A DNA stretch of 64,000 bases, taken from assembly GCA_964016885.1 (NCBI GenBank), contig OZ024745.1, positions 17,794,001 to 17,858,000 of the forward strand. The letters are read 5' to 3'. This document shows positions 42,703-59,048 of the stretch, piece after piece. Source of the stretch: Eledone cirrhosa (taxonomy: Eukaryota). How positions within the stretch are numbered: position 1 is the stretch's first letter; each line of letters begins with the position of its first letter. The notes under the pieces are model-generated. The model made no database searches. It saw only the letters and a program-made list of their open reading frames with translations, and was not told the DNA's origin. Position numbers and translations under genes: made by a program.

Positions 42703-42794
42703 GGCTCGACTCTTGATTTTACTTCAATAGATTTCCCATGTGGGGAATTCAAGTATGAAATCGGTGAATTACCTTGCAGTGACATGTACTTCAT
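42703..42794 (-). CDS. Putative first coding exon of host gene
   Basis: MKYMSLQGNSPISYLNSPHGKSIEVKSRVE, consensus donor CC|gtaagt, phase 2. Confidence 0.35.
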
Positions 42795-43139
42795 TGATTA
42801 ACTTCCCACTAAATTTTTAGGTAGAAACAGAATTTCCTCAAATATACATTTGCACAAATATCCATTTACACCATACAAACTGGATCGGAAAATTGAAACA
42901 CTTAAGTTAGTTAACAGGAAGTAATATGGAATCACTTGATGTAAAGATCTTCTTATCTTTTAATGAGGTTATAATTCCATTTCAGAAACGAAGAGGTAAG
43001 AGTGGGTGGTGTTAATCCCCAAGCTTTCTCTTTTGTTATTTTCGAAAATAAACATAATCCCAGCGTTACATTTAAAACGTATTATCAGCTAGTAATCAAA
43101 ACTTACAGATCTTTAAGTCAGTGTATAATATGAAGAGAA

Positions 43140-43530
43140 AGCAAACATATCAGAGCATTGAGGCTCTATGTTGTAGAGTCTCTTGTCGGTTGGTTTTGCC
43201 CATAACATCTGCCCAGCGATCCATTCCTTAGACATTCTAGCCACATGTCCATAGTATCGACGCTGAAATCTCTCATTTCGGAGAAGTAGATGCTCTAATA
43301 TGAATGAACCTCTGAACTTCGAGATACGCACTCGATTGGGTAACATTACTCCGAAGACCCTTCGGGGTATCCCTATTGTGGCAGTTTGTATTCACAATCG
43401 TATTCCTTCAGTCATTAACCAAGATCCCAAGATTCACGACCATAAGCAAGAGTTGGTACGGATACCGAATTGAAGATAGCGTGTTTGACTTTTCCGCCTA
43501 CCTCCCTTCCGATTACTGAATGCTGTACCA
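43140..43530 (-). mobile_element. Decayed RTE-like LINE fragment related to 1828-2680
   Basis: gaagatagcgtgtttgacttttccgcctacc..gattactgaatgctg matches 2281-2337. Translation YYGHVARMSKEWIAGQMLWAKPT. Confidence 0.55.
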
Positions 43531-43846
43531 TACAAACTTTATTCGGTTGTTGGAGTTAGAAATATAGTCAACATAAGCCACACAGAAGCATAGAAAGTTC
43601 TTTATCTATATTCTCCGTGGTTCCCATCGGATCCCTTGATAATGTATATATGAAAATAATTCATATCTCCACAGTAACATTATTTCTGATTCTTGTTTTC
43701 TTCTGTTTCTCTGTACTAACACATATCCCTCATTCGTCACCTGATTGTGTTCCCTTAATATTACTACCGAAATTCATTGTTGCAGCTTCCAAGTAATAAC
43801 CAATTTCCATATTTCACAATTCTTTATGCAAACTACAACATTCTCA

Positions 43847-43995
<149 letters not shown>

Positions 43996-44000
43996 ATATG

Positions 44001-44085
<85 letters not shown>

Positions 44086-44212
44086 GAGTATATGTTGGTT
44101 GTATACCAACACCTCAGTATGCAGGCTGGAGCACTCGACGAAGTGCGCAGGTTGGTTTGGTAAAATAAAGTTAAATAAAAAGTCAAATATTTAAAATTTA
44201 GCTTCGTTTATT

Positions 44213-44267
44213 ACTGCTATATATATTTCAGTGACAGCCATCTTTGGCTGTGACCTCTTCAGGCAGT
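44213..44267 (-). ncRNA. Type I hammerhead ribozyme
   Basis: Reverse complement of 45709-45763. Confidence 0.82.
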
Positions 44268-45708
44268 CTTAATTAGTGTGGTATAGGCAAGTACATATCT
44301 TGTTGAGGTGTATAATATTGTCAATACTCTGATATGCCCAGTTCCTGGTTGGGTTGTTATTTCACTGAGGAACTGGAATCATATGAATTCAAAGAAACGA
44401 ATTTCAGTGTCAAAGGGCCTCTTCTCCTCTCATTGGTCAGTTGTTTGAACATTCCTCATTCTAAGTGTTGTTATTGTTGGAGCTAGCTTAAAAAATTGAT
44501 AAAGTGGTAGAAGGGACAAGGTGTTAAAGGAACAAAATAACAAAAAAGGTCAGCCAGACCTCCCTCAAGCTATATGGGCAGTAACAACACCCTAGGTTGT
44601 GAACTCCCCTCAAGCCATAGGGAACAACCCAGGCTGAGCAGAGACCATGATAGCCTAGAGATTGAATCGGACACAGCCATTATAATTTGGCCAACATCTA
44701 TATAACACAAACACATTTTAATTTACTTGATTTCTGATTTTCAAGTTCCAATTTTAAATCTTGATTTCTCTTTATTAATTTGTTATTTGTTTTCTGCCAT
44801 TTTCACTGTATCACCTTATATTTATTTTTAAGTTGAGATTGATTATTACACAAACACATTTTGTTTGATTATCATATTTTAACATCTTGTCCTCATATCA
44901 ATCTATCCAACATATTTCTGACCTTGAGATTGGTTATAGCACACACACACTTTATCCTACTTTATTTGAATCTTCATTTTATTTTTCACTTCTCCATATT
45001 CATTTTCATTACTTTTTCACCAATTTTTCATTTATTCTTTATTCTTTATTCTCTATTAATTATTTATTTTCAAATTATACAAATTATATTATTTATTTTC
45101 TGTTTTCTTCATTTATTGCCTTATATTTCTTCATATACATGGAAGACCCCCCCCCCCCCCCCACCACCACCACCACCACCAACACCACAACTATGAGAGA
45201 TGGTGGCAGGAGGGATGAAGAAAAACACACACAGATACTTCTAAATTGTCAGCAGAAGCAAGACACAAGCTGACCCCAACACCAACAACACTACCAAAAT
45301 AATGGTAGAGGTCAAATGCACTTAACAATAGCAAACACAAACACTACAGGGAGCCTCACCCCAGAAAGAATTCTATAGACTTCTGACTGAAGAATGCTCT
45401 CAGAACTGACCAATGGGAAGTTTGACACTTTTTTGTTATTTTGTTCCTTTACCACCTAGTCCCTTCTAGCACTTTATCAATTTTTAAAGTTAATTCCAAC
45501 AATAACAACACTTAGAATGAGGAAAGTTCTAACAACTGACCAATGAAAGGTGAAGAGGCCCTTTGACACTGAAATTCGTTTGTTTGAATTCATAAGATTC
45601 CAGTTCCTCAGTGAAATAACAAACCAACCAGGAACTGGGCATATCAGAGTATTGACAATATTATATACCTCAACAACATATGTACTTGTCTATACCACAC
45701 TAATTCAG

Positions 45709-45763
45709 ACTGCCTGAAGAGGTCACAGCCAAAGATGGCTGTCACTGAAATATATATAGCAGT
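45709..45763 (+). ncRNA. Type I hammerhead ribozyme
   Basis: actgc-CTGAAGA-ggtcacagcca aaga tggctgtcact-GAAA-tatata-TA-gcagt-aataaa. Predicted cut after 45758. Confidence 0.82.
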
Positions 45764-45813
45764 AATAAACGAAGCTAAATTTTAAACATTTGACTTTTTA
45801 TTTAACTTTATTT

Positions 45814-45844
<31 letters not shown>

Positions 45845-46890
45845 TGGAAAATGTGTGTAATCCTTGGTACAGTTAGGTATATTAGGACAGGGGGGAAGAA
45901 AAAATGGCTTCACTTGTGCTTTCAACAAATTTATTTTCTTCACAAAATCCAAAAATAATTTTTTCCGGATTAGAAAAAAAAGTTTTTTTCTTAAAAGAAA
46001 TTATTATATAAATTAAGTTAGGTCTTAGGAGTTCTTGGTTAACGTAGGAGGTATTGTTTCGTTTTTAGAACGACCTTTCACTCTGAGGTGCGCTTGTCAA
46101 ACTGATGTGTATGTGGTGTGTTGTTCTATATATAGGGATTTAACATGTCTGTGGTGTGGTGGGGTTTGTTTTGTTTGTTTTTTTTTCCTCCCCCTTTTTA
46201 ATAAGTGTATGGGTTTAGGTGTGTTGAAAAAGTGTTAATAGCAGTAATGAGTTGAGACGGCGAGTAGGGTTGGGTGGGGAGACATGTAGCAAGTGCGGCC
46301 TGCCCCGGTCATTCTCGAAAAATTCCTTTATTCAGGGGATTCCTTTGTGTTGAGAATGGTCACAGGCAAATCGGACCTGCCAAGTTTGTAAACAATTATT
46401 TTTTTCTGAAGAATTTTTCTACGTCCATCCCAAAATTAGTCCTTTGTTCAACACATACATATGTGCGTATATACGTACATACACACACGGGCATATGTAG
46501 GAATATATAGGCACACACCATCAATCACACACCCATGTACATATACATCCACATACATACACAAAAACATATAAAGACACATATAAAAACACATATACAC
46601 ATACGTACACACACGAATATGTACTCATACCTCCACATGGGTATATATATATATATATACATACATACATATACATACATATATACACATAAAGATACAT
46701 AACTAAATATACATATATAACCATACACGCACACATATACACACACACACACACACGTGTACACACACACACACACACACACATATATACATATGTCCGT
46801 ATATATACCTCCGTTCACACATACATGCATACACACACACACACATACACACATACATATATATACATATATATATAGAGAGAGAGGCAT

Positions 46891-46921
<31 letters not shown>

Positions 46922-46923
<2 letters not shown>

Positions 46924-47125
46924 ACGAAGGAAATGTGGTAAGGAACCAGGTGGACCATAACGCACCAAAGTCCTCAATACTTGAGGTAGTAGAGTGGGTA
47001 ATAGGAACCAGTAAGACCCCGACAGCTGAGCTCAAGCCGTTTCGACGGCTAATTCTGGACTGAATTAGCTGTCCAGAATTAGCCGTCGAAACGGCTTGAG
47101 CTCAGCTGTCGGGGTCTTACTGGTT

Positions 47126-47130
<5 letters not shown>
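46922..47130 (-). mobile_element. Family A copy with perfect 60-bp fold-back
   Basis: 47001-47060 is the reverse complement of 47071-47130, with a 10-nt loop. Confidence 0.8.
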
Positions 47131-47183
<53 letters not shown>

Positions 47184-47268
47184 TACATACATATATGTAC
47201 ACATAAACACATACAGACACATACACACATATACATACATATACACATATACATACATCTATATATAT

Positions 47269-47329
<61 letters not shown>

Positions 47330-47777
47330 TATACATATACATACATACATACATATACACATACAGAAACATACACATATGTACACACATATATACATAT
47401 ATGCACATACATACACACACACACATATATATAGATACATAGATATACATACACACACATTTAAACATATATCCACATATACATATATATGTATACACAA
47501 ACATACACATACATACATATATATATATATACATATATATACACACATACACACATATATATATATACACACACACATACAAACATACACACATCCATAC
47601 ATATATATATACACACACGCATACACACAAACACATACATATATACCCACACGTACATACATCCATACATACCTACACACATATATGTGTGTGTCTCACC
47701 GTTCACTCAGATATTCATGTGTACAAATAAGAAGAGGTGGGGGGTAGTGAAATGGAATTTTACCTCCGAGTGTTAAT

Positions 47778-48188
47778 TCATTTTTTCGTGTTCAGTAGTG
47801 GTTTAAATTTTTCAATGAAGAATTCTTCTTTATATCTGCGGAAATGTTCGTTATCCGACCATATCTTGAAGAAAGGGAAGATTGTGAATTTTCCCTTCCC
47901 GCATGATGCAAAGTGTGCGCTACATGTGGTATTTCTGACTGTGGGGTCTTTAATTTGTTGTTTATGTACCCGTACTCTATCATGTAATCCCGTTCCGGTT
48001 TCCCCAATGTAATACTCTTTACACTGTGGACATGTTGCGCAATATATTAGGTTTTTCGTTTTGCAGTTCATGTTTGCATTCACCTTGAAATTTTCATGGT
48101 TTTTGAAGGACAACTGTTTGCCCTCTTCGATGAGTTCACAGGTTCTACATCTAGGGTCCCCGCATTTCGTCACTTGCATTGATTCCAT
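47778..48188 (-). pseudogene. GIY-YIG endonuclease fragment of a Neptune-like PLE
   Basis: CGDPRCRTC linker, NLIYCATCPQCKEYYIGETG..L..R...H, R..KE..FI..FKPLLN. Confidence 0.8.
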
Positions 48189-48189
48189 C

Positions 48190-49025
48190 TAGATAGACCA
48201 ACACTGGGGGGAACTAAAAGGACGAAAAAACGGGTCAGTACTATACGAACATGCTAGACAACAACATGACGGTAACATAGACAACATAGAAATTAGAATA
48301 ATATCTAAACATAGGAATGACCCAGCAGATAGGCAAATCAGAGAGGCCAGTGAAATAGAAATTAGAAGACCAAAGCTAAACAGAAAGAATGAGTGGAACA
48401 ACAACAACACCCAAACAAACAACACTGACCTAAGAGAAGTATAAATAAGTAAATAAATAAAATAAAATAAAATAAGATAATTAAATACATACACAAGCAC
48501 AATAACCACAAGCACATAAACACACACTAGTCACCCAGCAGACACAACACTATACACACTAGTCACACAGCACACATAACACTATACACACACGCAAACG
48601 CATGCGCAAAGAAGACAAAATAAAATAAATAAACAAGCAAATAAATAAATAAATATATAGACAGACTGAATAAAAAATGGCGTAGACATACAACACAACA
48701 GGAGGAAAAAATATAACACCACTGACGATGTTGCAGATGTGCAACGAAAGATTTATGTAAATTATGTAAACTATATATATGTGTTTGTGTCTATATTGTA
48801 TCTGTATTATTTTTGACCGTCGGTCAGTCAATGGCAACATTGAGGACCGAGTAAGTTAGATCGCAGATATAAAAGACAGCGAGAAGCGATAAACAACCAA
48901 ACAGTGAGTGTGTTCTGTTATTAATTCTGGCAATATTACGCAAATATGACCCTCCCCAAGTATAACAATATCTGTTTCGACACACGATTTCATATAAAAA
49001 CCCTCGCTAAACTAATTCATCGCCG
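48190..49025 (+). mobile_element. PLE 3' fragment (GIY-YIG C-terminus not in ORF track, plus pLTR)
   Basis: Plus frame reads QHWGELKGRKNGSVLYEHARQQHDG...RQIREASEIEIRRPKLNRKNEW. Hammerhead-like CTGACGA-tgttgca gatg tgcaac-GAAA at 48722-48749. Confidence 0.7.
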
Positions 49026-49136
<111 letters not shown>

Positions 49137-49148
49137 CATATACATAAA

Positions 49149-49235
<87 letters not shown>

Positions 49236-49249
49236 CATACATATATATA

Positions 49250-51870
<2,621 letters not shown>

Positions 51871-51887
51871 TACATATATATACATAT

Positions 51888-52009
<122 letters not shown>

Positions 52010-52038
52010 ATATATATACGTATATATATGTATATGTA

Positions 52039-52084
<46 letters not shown>

Positions 52085-52375
52085 ATTTAGAATGTAGCAC
52101 AATGGAAAGCATCCAGCTGATAGCTAATTCCATACACCAGAGTATAACTGTAACTATCGAATACCCTTCCAAACACCCTAACAATAGACTACCTGTATTA
52201 GACACGGAACTCTGGATTACGCTATAGACGAGAGAGCCAAAATTCTCCACTCACACTATGCTAAACCCATGGCCTCCAAATACCTGATACTCAAAAACTC
52301 AGCAATGTCAGGTAGTGCTAAGTTTAATATTATGATCGCAGACTTGGTACGAGTCATATGACCCTCCCCAAGTAT

Positions 52376-52382
<7 letters not shown>
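52085..52382 (+). mobile_element. PLE RT fragment fused to terminal motif
   Basis: [28 protein letters not shown]..; HYAKPMASKYLI..SAM. Ends in atatgaccctccccaagtataacaatat, identical to 48944-48971. Confidence 0.7.
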
Positions 52383-52466
<84 letters not shown>

Positions 52467-53866
52467 GATGTTATACACGGTGACACCGGTTTTATATTTG
52501 TTGTAAGCTAGAATTGGAAGGTTGTTTTAGGTGCTATATATTTAGGTTCGCTTTGTAAAATGATTGCAGACTGCAATGTGAGTGCGTTCGACAATCTTCG
52601 ATCAAATTCTTAAGAAATTCCTCGAACGCCCATACCATTGTAATAGGAGCATTAGATATTTAAAGTTGAATTATGAAGTAGTATTTAATATATATTTTAG
52701 TATCATTTTGAAATGTAAAACCGTTTTGTTTTTATTTTTGCTTTCTGCTTAAAACCTTTTAATCGTTTTGCCCAAATAACAAAAGGAAATAAATACCAGG
52801 TTATGATGTTTATTGATTTAAGAGAAGGTTTTTGGTGATGTACGACATCTTATTTACAATATCCTATAAAATATACACATTTCCATCAGACTGTTAAAGT
52901 TAGCACCAACTTTTAATTAGTTGAAGTAATTAGAAAGTTATTGAATTGTAATGGTGTTGTTCTAATACACTTTTATTATTTTAGTGAGCAAATGTGAAAG
53001 ATTTATCATTTTACACCTTATTATTTTCCATTACTATTCATTTTGTTGCATCTCGCTATGAGCAATAAATATATTTCATGGTCAAATCATCCATTAATCA
53101 TGTCACCTACATATCTCTAAAATCGTACTTCAGATCTTCATTTGTTTAAAGATCATTACCGGTCTTAAATTATGGTTATGGTTAGAAGGGACAATAAACA
53201 AATTGCAGTTCAAAAAATACGATGCCATAGAAGAAGTAAGATTTTATAGATATTTTGTATGCGTATGTATGGTACACAACGAATGTATTTTTATGTTAGG
53301 TTTAGAAAATCAATTTCGAAAGATATGTTCAAGTGTGTCTGTGTATTTGTAGCAAACAGGGTTCCCTCATATTATAATATTTCCATATTATCTTATTTAT
53401 CATTAGGTCAATTCCAAACAGAACAGACTGTATTACACCAAAGTATTCTTCAAATAGATGTTTTGAAAACCTCAAAAGAAAGTATTTATATTTCGTTTAA
53501 ATATTTTGAAAGAAAATATCAGAAGAATGAGAAGAATATTTACAATTCCCTATTTTATTGTTTATGAACTCGATTTGAAAGAATTTGTGAATTGAAAGAA
53601 ATAAAGTGAAATAATCCTGAAAAAAAAATTGCTTCTTTATGCGAATGCAGTTATTAAAATGAACAGAATTATTTCTTTTAGGATAAATTTATTTCACTTT
53701 AATGATTATTGAAAAGTGATATTTGGTGTAAAAATATTGATTTCTTATATTATCAAAACAACATATATTGGACAAGTTTACTATTGTAACACTATTATTT
53801 TGAGACAGGATTATTGTAGGTTCCTCATTTATATACATACACACACAAATACGCACATGCACACAA

Positions 53867-54011
<145 letters not shown>

Positions 54012-54139
54012 AAGTTATATTTAAAATTGTTGGGTTACAACTAGTAAATATTTATAACTGATATAAAAGCACTCGACAAATATTTGGAGTATATTTACAA
54101 TATTAAATAAATGGAAAACTATATTTATAAAACCATATT

Positions 54140-54205
54140 TATTTCATTATATATATTTCGGGGATATCATATTAACAATATGCTATGCCTTCATCAGACA
54201 AAATA
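54140..54205 (-). ncRNA. Type I hammerhead ribozyme in PLE terminal fragment (about 54010-54290)
   Basis: Minus: tattttgt-CTGATGA-aggcatagcatatt gtt aatatgatatcccc-GAAA-tatata-TA-atgaaata. Confidence 0.72.
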
Positions 54206-54286
54206 CAATATAAACAGTTTTATAGATAAATATATTCGACATACCGTAATAAACATCAACTTCATTTGAAGAGGTTTACGCTAGCA

Positions 54287-54387
<101 letters not shown>

Positions 54388-54404
54388 CATATATATATAT
54401 ATAT

Positions 54405-55012
54405 CGTGGCTGCCAACTCGTTTTCGAGTACGGCCACTACTTTATATCCATGTAGGAGAACCCCTACCGATGCGCTGAACGAGTGTGACTTTTTAGTCCA
54501 GCCAGCGACTTGAAAACTCTGGTACAAACACTACACTTGTGACAATTAATGACACGTAGTGCTTTACCCTTGGTACCATGTGACGACAAGTGCAGAGAGA
54601 TCTCCAGATACAAAGCAATGCCTGTGCCGTGAAGCTTTTATAGTGAGCAAAGGCACTGCACAAAGCCAGTCCCACTCTCTTAACCAAGATGATATTTACC
54701 AAAAAGAAGAACAAGTCAACATCATTGGATACCATCAGGGTTGCAGGTGTTATATCAGAGTTTTCCTTCTCCTAGAATTCTGCCTTGACAAAGGCTAAGG
54801 GGTCATCTCTCCCAGTGATTTTGGATGGCCATTGACTCTTAAGAGCTCCTTTGCCCTTTGACAGGTTTTGTTTTTAGTCCTGCAGGATGTCCAAAGTCAC
54901 CCTCCTCACCAAGAAACCTTGGTGGGGTTGCCAGTTTAGTCGCCAACGACCCGACCATGAGTCAGGTTGTATTGGGATACATGTTACCAGTAGCACCAAG
55001 TGGTGACCTGAC
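54405..55012 (-). mobile_element. Probable RTE-type LINE 5' UTR fragment
   Basis: Minus: tagcctt..aaggca..ctaggagaaggaaaactctga, a motif I recall from RTE 5' regions. GC-rich block between (TA)n tracts. Confidence 0.45.
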
Positions 55013-55730
55013 ATACATATATATATATATATATATATACATACATATATATATGTGTGTGTGTGTTTGTGTGTGTGTATGTATGTATATATATTTGTAA
55101 ATAACATGATATGAAAGGATTGGGAGCTGTGGGTGTGTGAATATTTAAGAAAGTTGTTGGGAACTTTAACGAGGGAATAGCTGTTGCTAGGATGATCGTA
55201 GCAAAGTTCTGGTGAAACAGAATACCTTAATGGGCAGAAGGTTGATCAGAAAAAAGAGATTGAATATATATGAAATATATTTTCCCTATTTCCTCTCTGA
55301 TCAACCTAGAAAAACAGAACTGGAAAGCTAAAAGTATAAAAAGACCCCTTTAAGGTAATGTGGGGGAGGTAAGCAAGGGAGAGGGCTAGGGTGAAGAATC
55401 CAGTTATATCCAGTGATCCGTGTAATTTTTTGTAGGTGGGTATGTTACTGATGTTATTTCCCCTTTCCATTTATGGGTGCTTTGTCTGTTGTTGATGGGA
55501 GTGGGAATTTATGAGTATACACGTGTGTGTATGTTACTGTTTGTCTTTTTAAAACGACACGCAATGAAAACACACAATAGCACAACTACTGACACACACA
55601 CTCATACATCAACTCACATATACACACATAATCACGTGTGATTTTTTATAACGATATTTAACTGTACACATGCAAATACATGTCGACTGAGACACACACA
55701 CACGTACACACACACACACACATCTATCTA

Positions 55731-56053
<323 letters not shown>

Positions 56054-57324
56054 ATTCTCAATTATGCAGCCCAATATACCAACACAAGCACACTAACGCA
56101 ATTATACACATACTTAAATACTATGTAAATATATTCATATCATATTATTTGTGTATATACAATTTCAACGGGAAGCTATTGAATAGACCGACAATCTCCA
56201 AGTGCGCTGGTGCCATTGCGTTAGAACAGAATAAATGCCAATTAATTCATAGACGAGCTCTAGCTTAGAATTCTTTGTTTATTTCATTCTATAATTCTAA
56301 AGAGACATTAGTATTGTTTAATTGTGTAATCGTCGTATTATATTACGTTTGCTTTGGCGCAATCGATATGTTTACTATAAACTGCTGAATATTCTTCCAC
56401 TATTATTGAGAAGAGCAGAGGTTCAAGACCACGAACATGATCAACACCCATGCTTATATTCAGGATACTTTTTCAATTGTATATACAGTCGCGGCAATAT
56501 TTAGCTAGATGCAAAATGATCAAATCTACTTTTATGGAGATGATGCTTCATCACTTGCTCATAATAAGAATATCCCCTCCATGTATACATGGAAGAGAGA
56601 GGGGGTGATATATATATATATATATATATAAAGAGAGAGAGAGGGGGGGGGAGAAATAATTCGACACGAAGACACGAATGATTCAATAATCCATTTAAAA
56701 TATATACAAATATTAAATACTAATATGAAATCAGAGTATTCTGAATGTAAACCAGATTATTCTGAGTTCTAATCACCCATTGTTAGGGCGTCGATAAAAG
56801 AGAATACCAATAATGTAGTGGAGTTGACCAAGGTCCGGCATCAGAATCTAATAGTATATCAGAGCTTACTTCGAACGATATAGCCAGAAAACATGAAGAA
56901 TAGGTTTATTGGTATTTGCGTACAATACATCATACATTATGCATTCATTCAACTGTGGTTTATTTTATTTCAGTCGTGAAATGTTATCTGCAAATTTTAA
57001 TAGGTTTTCATTACTAAAGGATTTATGAATCGTCTATCAATCTGATTTAGAAATATCTAGAATTTGATGAATCTTAACAGAATAATTGTTTATGCAGATA
57101 GGGAGATGCAAGTTTACACATATTATACAGATACTATTGTTCTATTATTTACCGGTTAGTAAAACATAGAAGATACTGTATATCTTCAGTGGGGTGACCT
57201 GCGCTATGAATTGCTTTACAAAGGATCTGGTAAAATAATAAATTTGAATCTGAAAAAAAAAAGAAGAAAAATCGTAGAGCAGATCATGAATCGTTATGAA
57301 ATATTTACATCCGTAATTAGTGTT

Positions 57325-57545
57325 CTAGCTTACTAAGTGGTAAGAGTGTTAGACTAGTGATCATAGTGTCGTAGGTTCGATTCCAGGCCTCTGTGATGTG
57401 TTATTGAGCAAAACACTTCATTTTCTCTTGCTCCAGTATTTTTACGATAGACTAGTGTTTTCTTCAGGGGAAGTTTGTACTCTCAGTTGCTTCATTCTAA
57501 GGAAACCTGGGTAAACATCGGCTTCATGAGCCTCCAGGCTCAACA
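57325..57545 (+). mobile_element. tRNA-head SINE of a second family
   Basis: tagcttactaagtggtaagagtg (A-box-like), ggttcgattcc (B-box), followed by ttgagcaaaacacttc. Confidence 0.55.
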
Positions 57546-59000
57546 CAGACGTTAGACTTTTAGTTAACAATGGCAGAGCAACGCAAAACATGGTAGAAAG
57601 AGTTGCATATCCTTGAATATTTCCCATTGACTCTGTATTCTGAGAGATTACTACTATTCTGTGAGACTGACTCCAATTTAGTTTGCTTTCTAAAATATGT
57701 GTCGATTATTTATAATTCTTCTGATATGTGTGGAAAGGAATTAACAGTACAAAATGACTCCATTTATAGTGACAGTGATAATATAATTAGATTCACTCGA
57801 CATTACTGTACTAACAAGCCAACTAAGAATCTTACGTGTATTTATATATTGGTCATGTCTTCTTTATATTGTGTTCAGTGACAATATCAATACATTTTCT
57901 AAATTTAATTGATAAGGTATACTAGATTAGTGTGTGATCAACTGAATATTGAAGAAATTCATCTAAAGTAACAGGGAAGATAATGACATTGTTATATATA
58001 GAAAGCAATATATGATTTGAAAGTTAAACTTGGCAAAAGGCTGGATATGGACGGTGAACTATATTTTTAAGTAAACAGGTGAGTGAGTCATATATAGTAA
58101 TCTCATAAATGCTTGAACAATTACTTAGAGATTGTGGGTTCAATTAGTGATAAAAGGTGAGAGAATTGTATGATTCCGATGAGAGTAAACGTACAGTTAC
58201 AGAATAATGATGATATGATGATTCAGCTTCACTGCTTCCAATCTAATAGGGTATCTCTGATATAACCTGGATGTTATTATTCATCATTCTTCACCACCTG
58301 AGATCCTTGTTCCCAAATATATTTGGATCACATTTAATTATGTGCCCTTCTTCTTAGGAGCGAAACCTAGAACATTCGCAATCAGAAAACTTCCGATGGG
58401 GTTTCCTGAAATATTCGACATTAATATCCGCCAAGCACCTATTGCAATTAGACAATCTCTTCCCGACTAGTGATCGATAAGAATAACTGAAGGACATTCT
58501 CCTATATGGTACCTCTTCGGTTAATTTCCTGGAAGTATATAGTTCAACCGGCTCCTTCCAAATATATTATGTATCACATTTACCTCTCCTAACGCTTTTC
58601 AACTTTCTATTTCCATGGCGAAATATTCACCTTACCACAAACTTAGAAAACAATAATTGTCGTTATTCTTATCCCCTTCCATGAATATTATACCAAAGCC
58701 CGCGATAATATGATTCACCCCTAGCGCGTATATGGTGTATTACTGAGTAGAGAGAATGACACGATTATGGTAATTCTTGTTTAGCCATAGATCAAAGCAC
58801 CTCAAGATAGTAAATGATCTGCATCGTAGCACAACTGAAACCCTCTTTATGTCCTCTAAATTGTTCGTATATAAATAAGGATTTATCCATGTAAAAGGCC
58901 TGCCTATGTTCGTATATAGTTTAATAGGAATGTGTATTTACACTTTATATACACACACAAACACACAAACACACAGACACACAGACACACAGACACACAG

Positions 59001-59048
<48 letters not shown>

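Larger units (their letters stand above)
44081..45815. mobile_element. PLE-derived non-coding element with about 390-bp inverted arms
   Basis: IR about 44161-44550/45423-45815, about 870-bp spacer, microsatellite flanks, a hammerhead in each arm. Confidence 0.85.

Noticed and set aside
57325-57400. tRNA gene
   Set aside because: A/B boxes are present but there is no good cloverleaf, and it continues into a SINE body.
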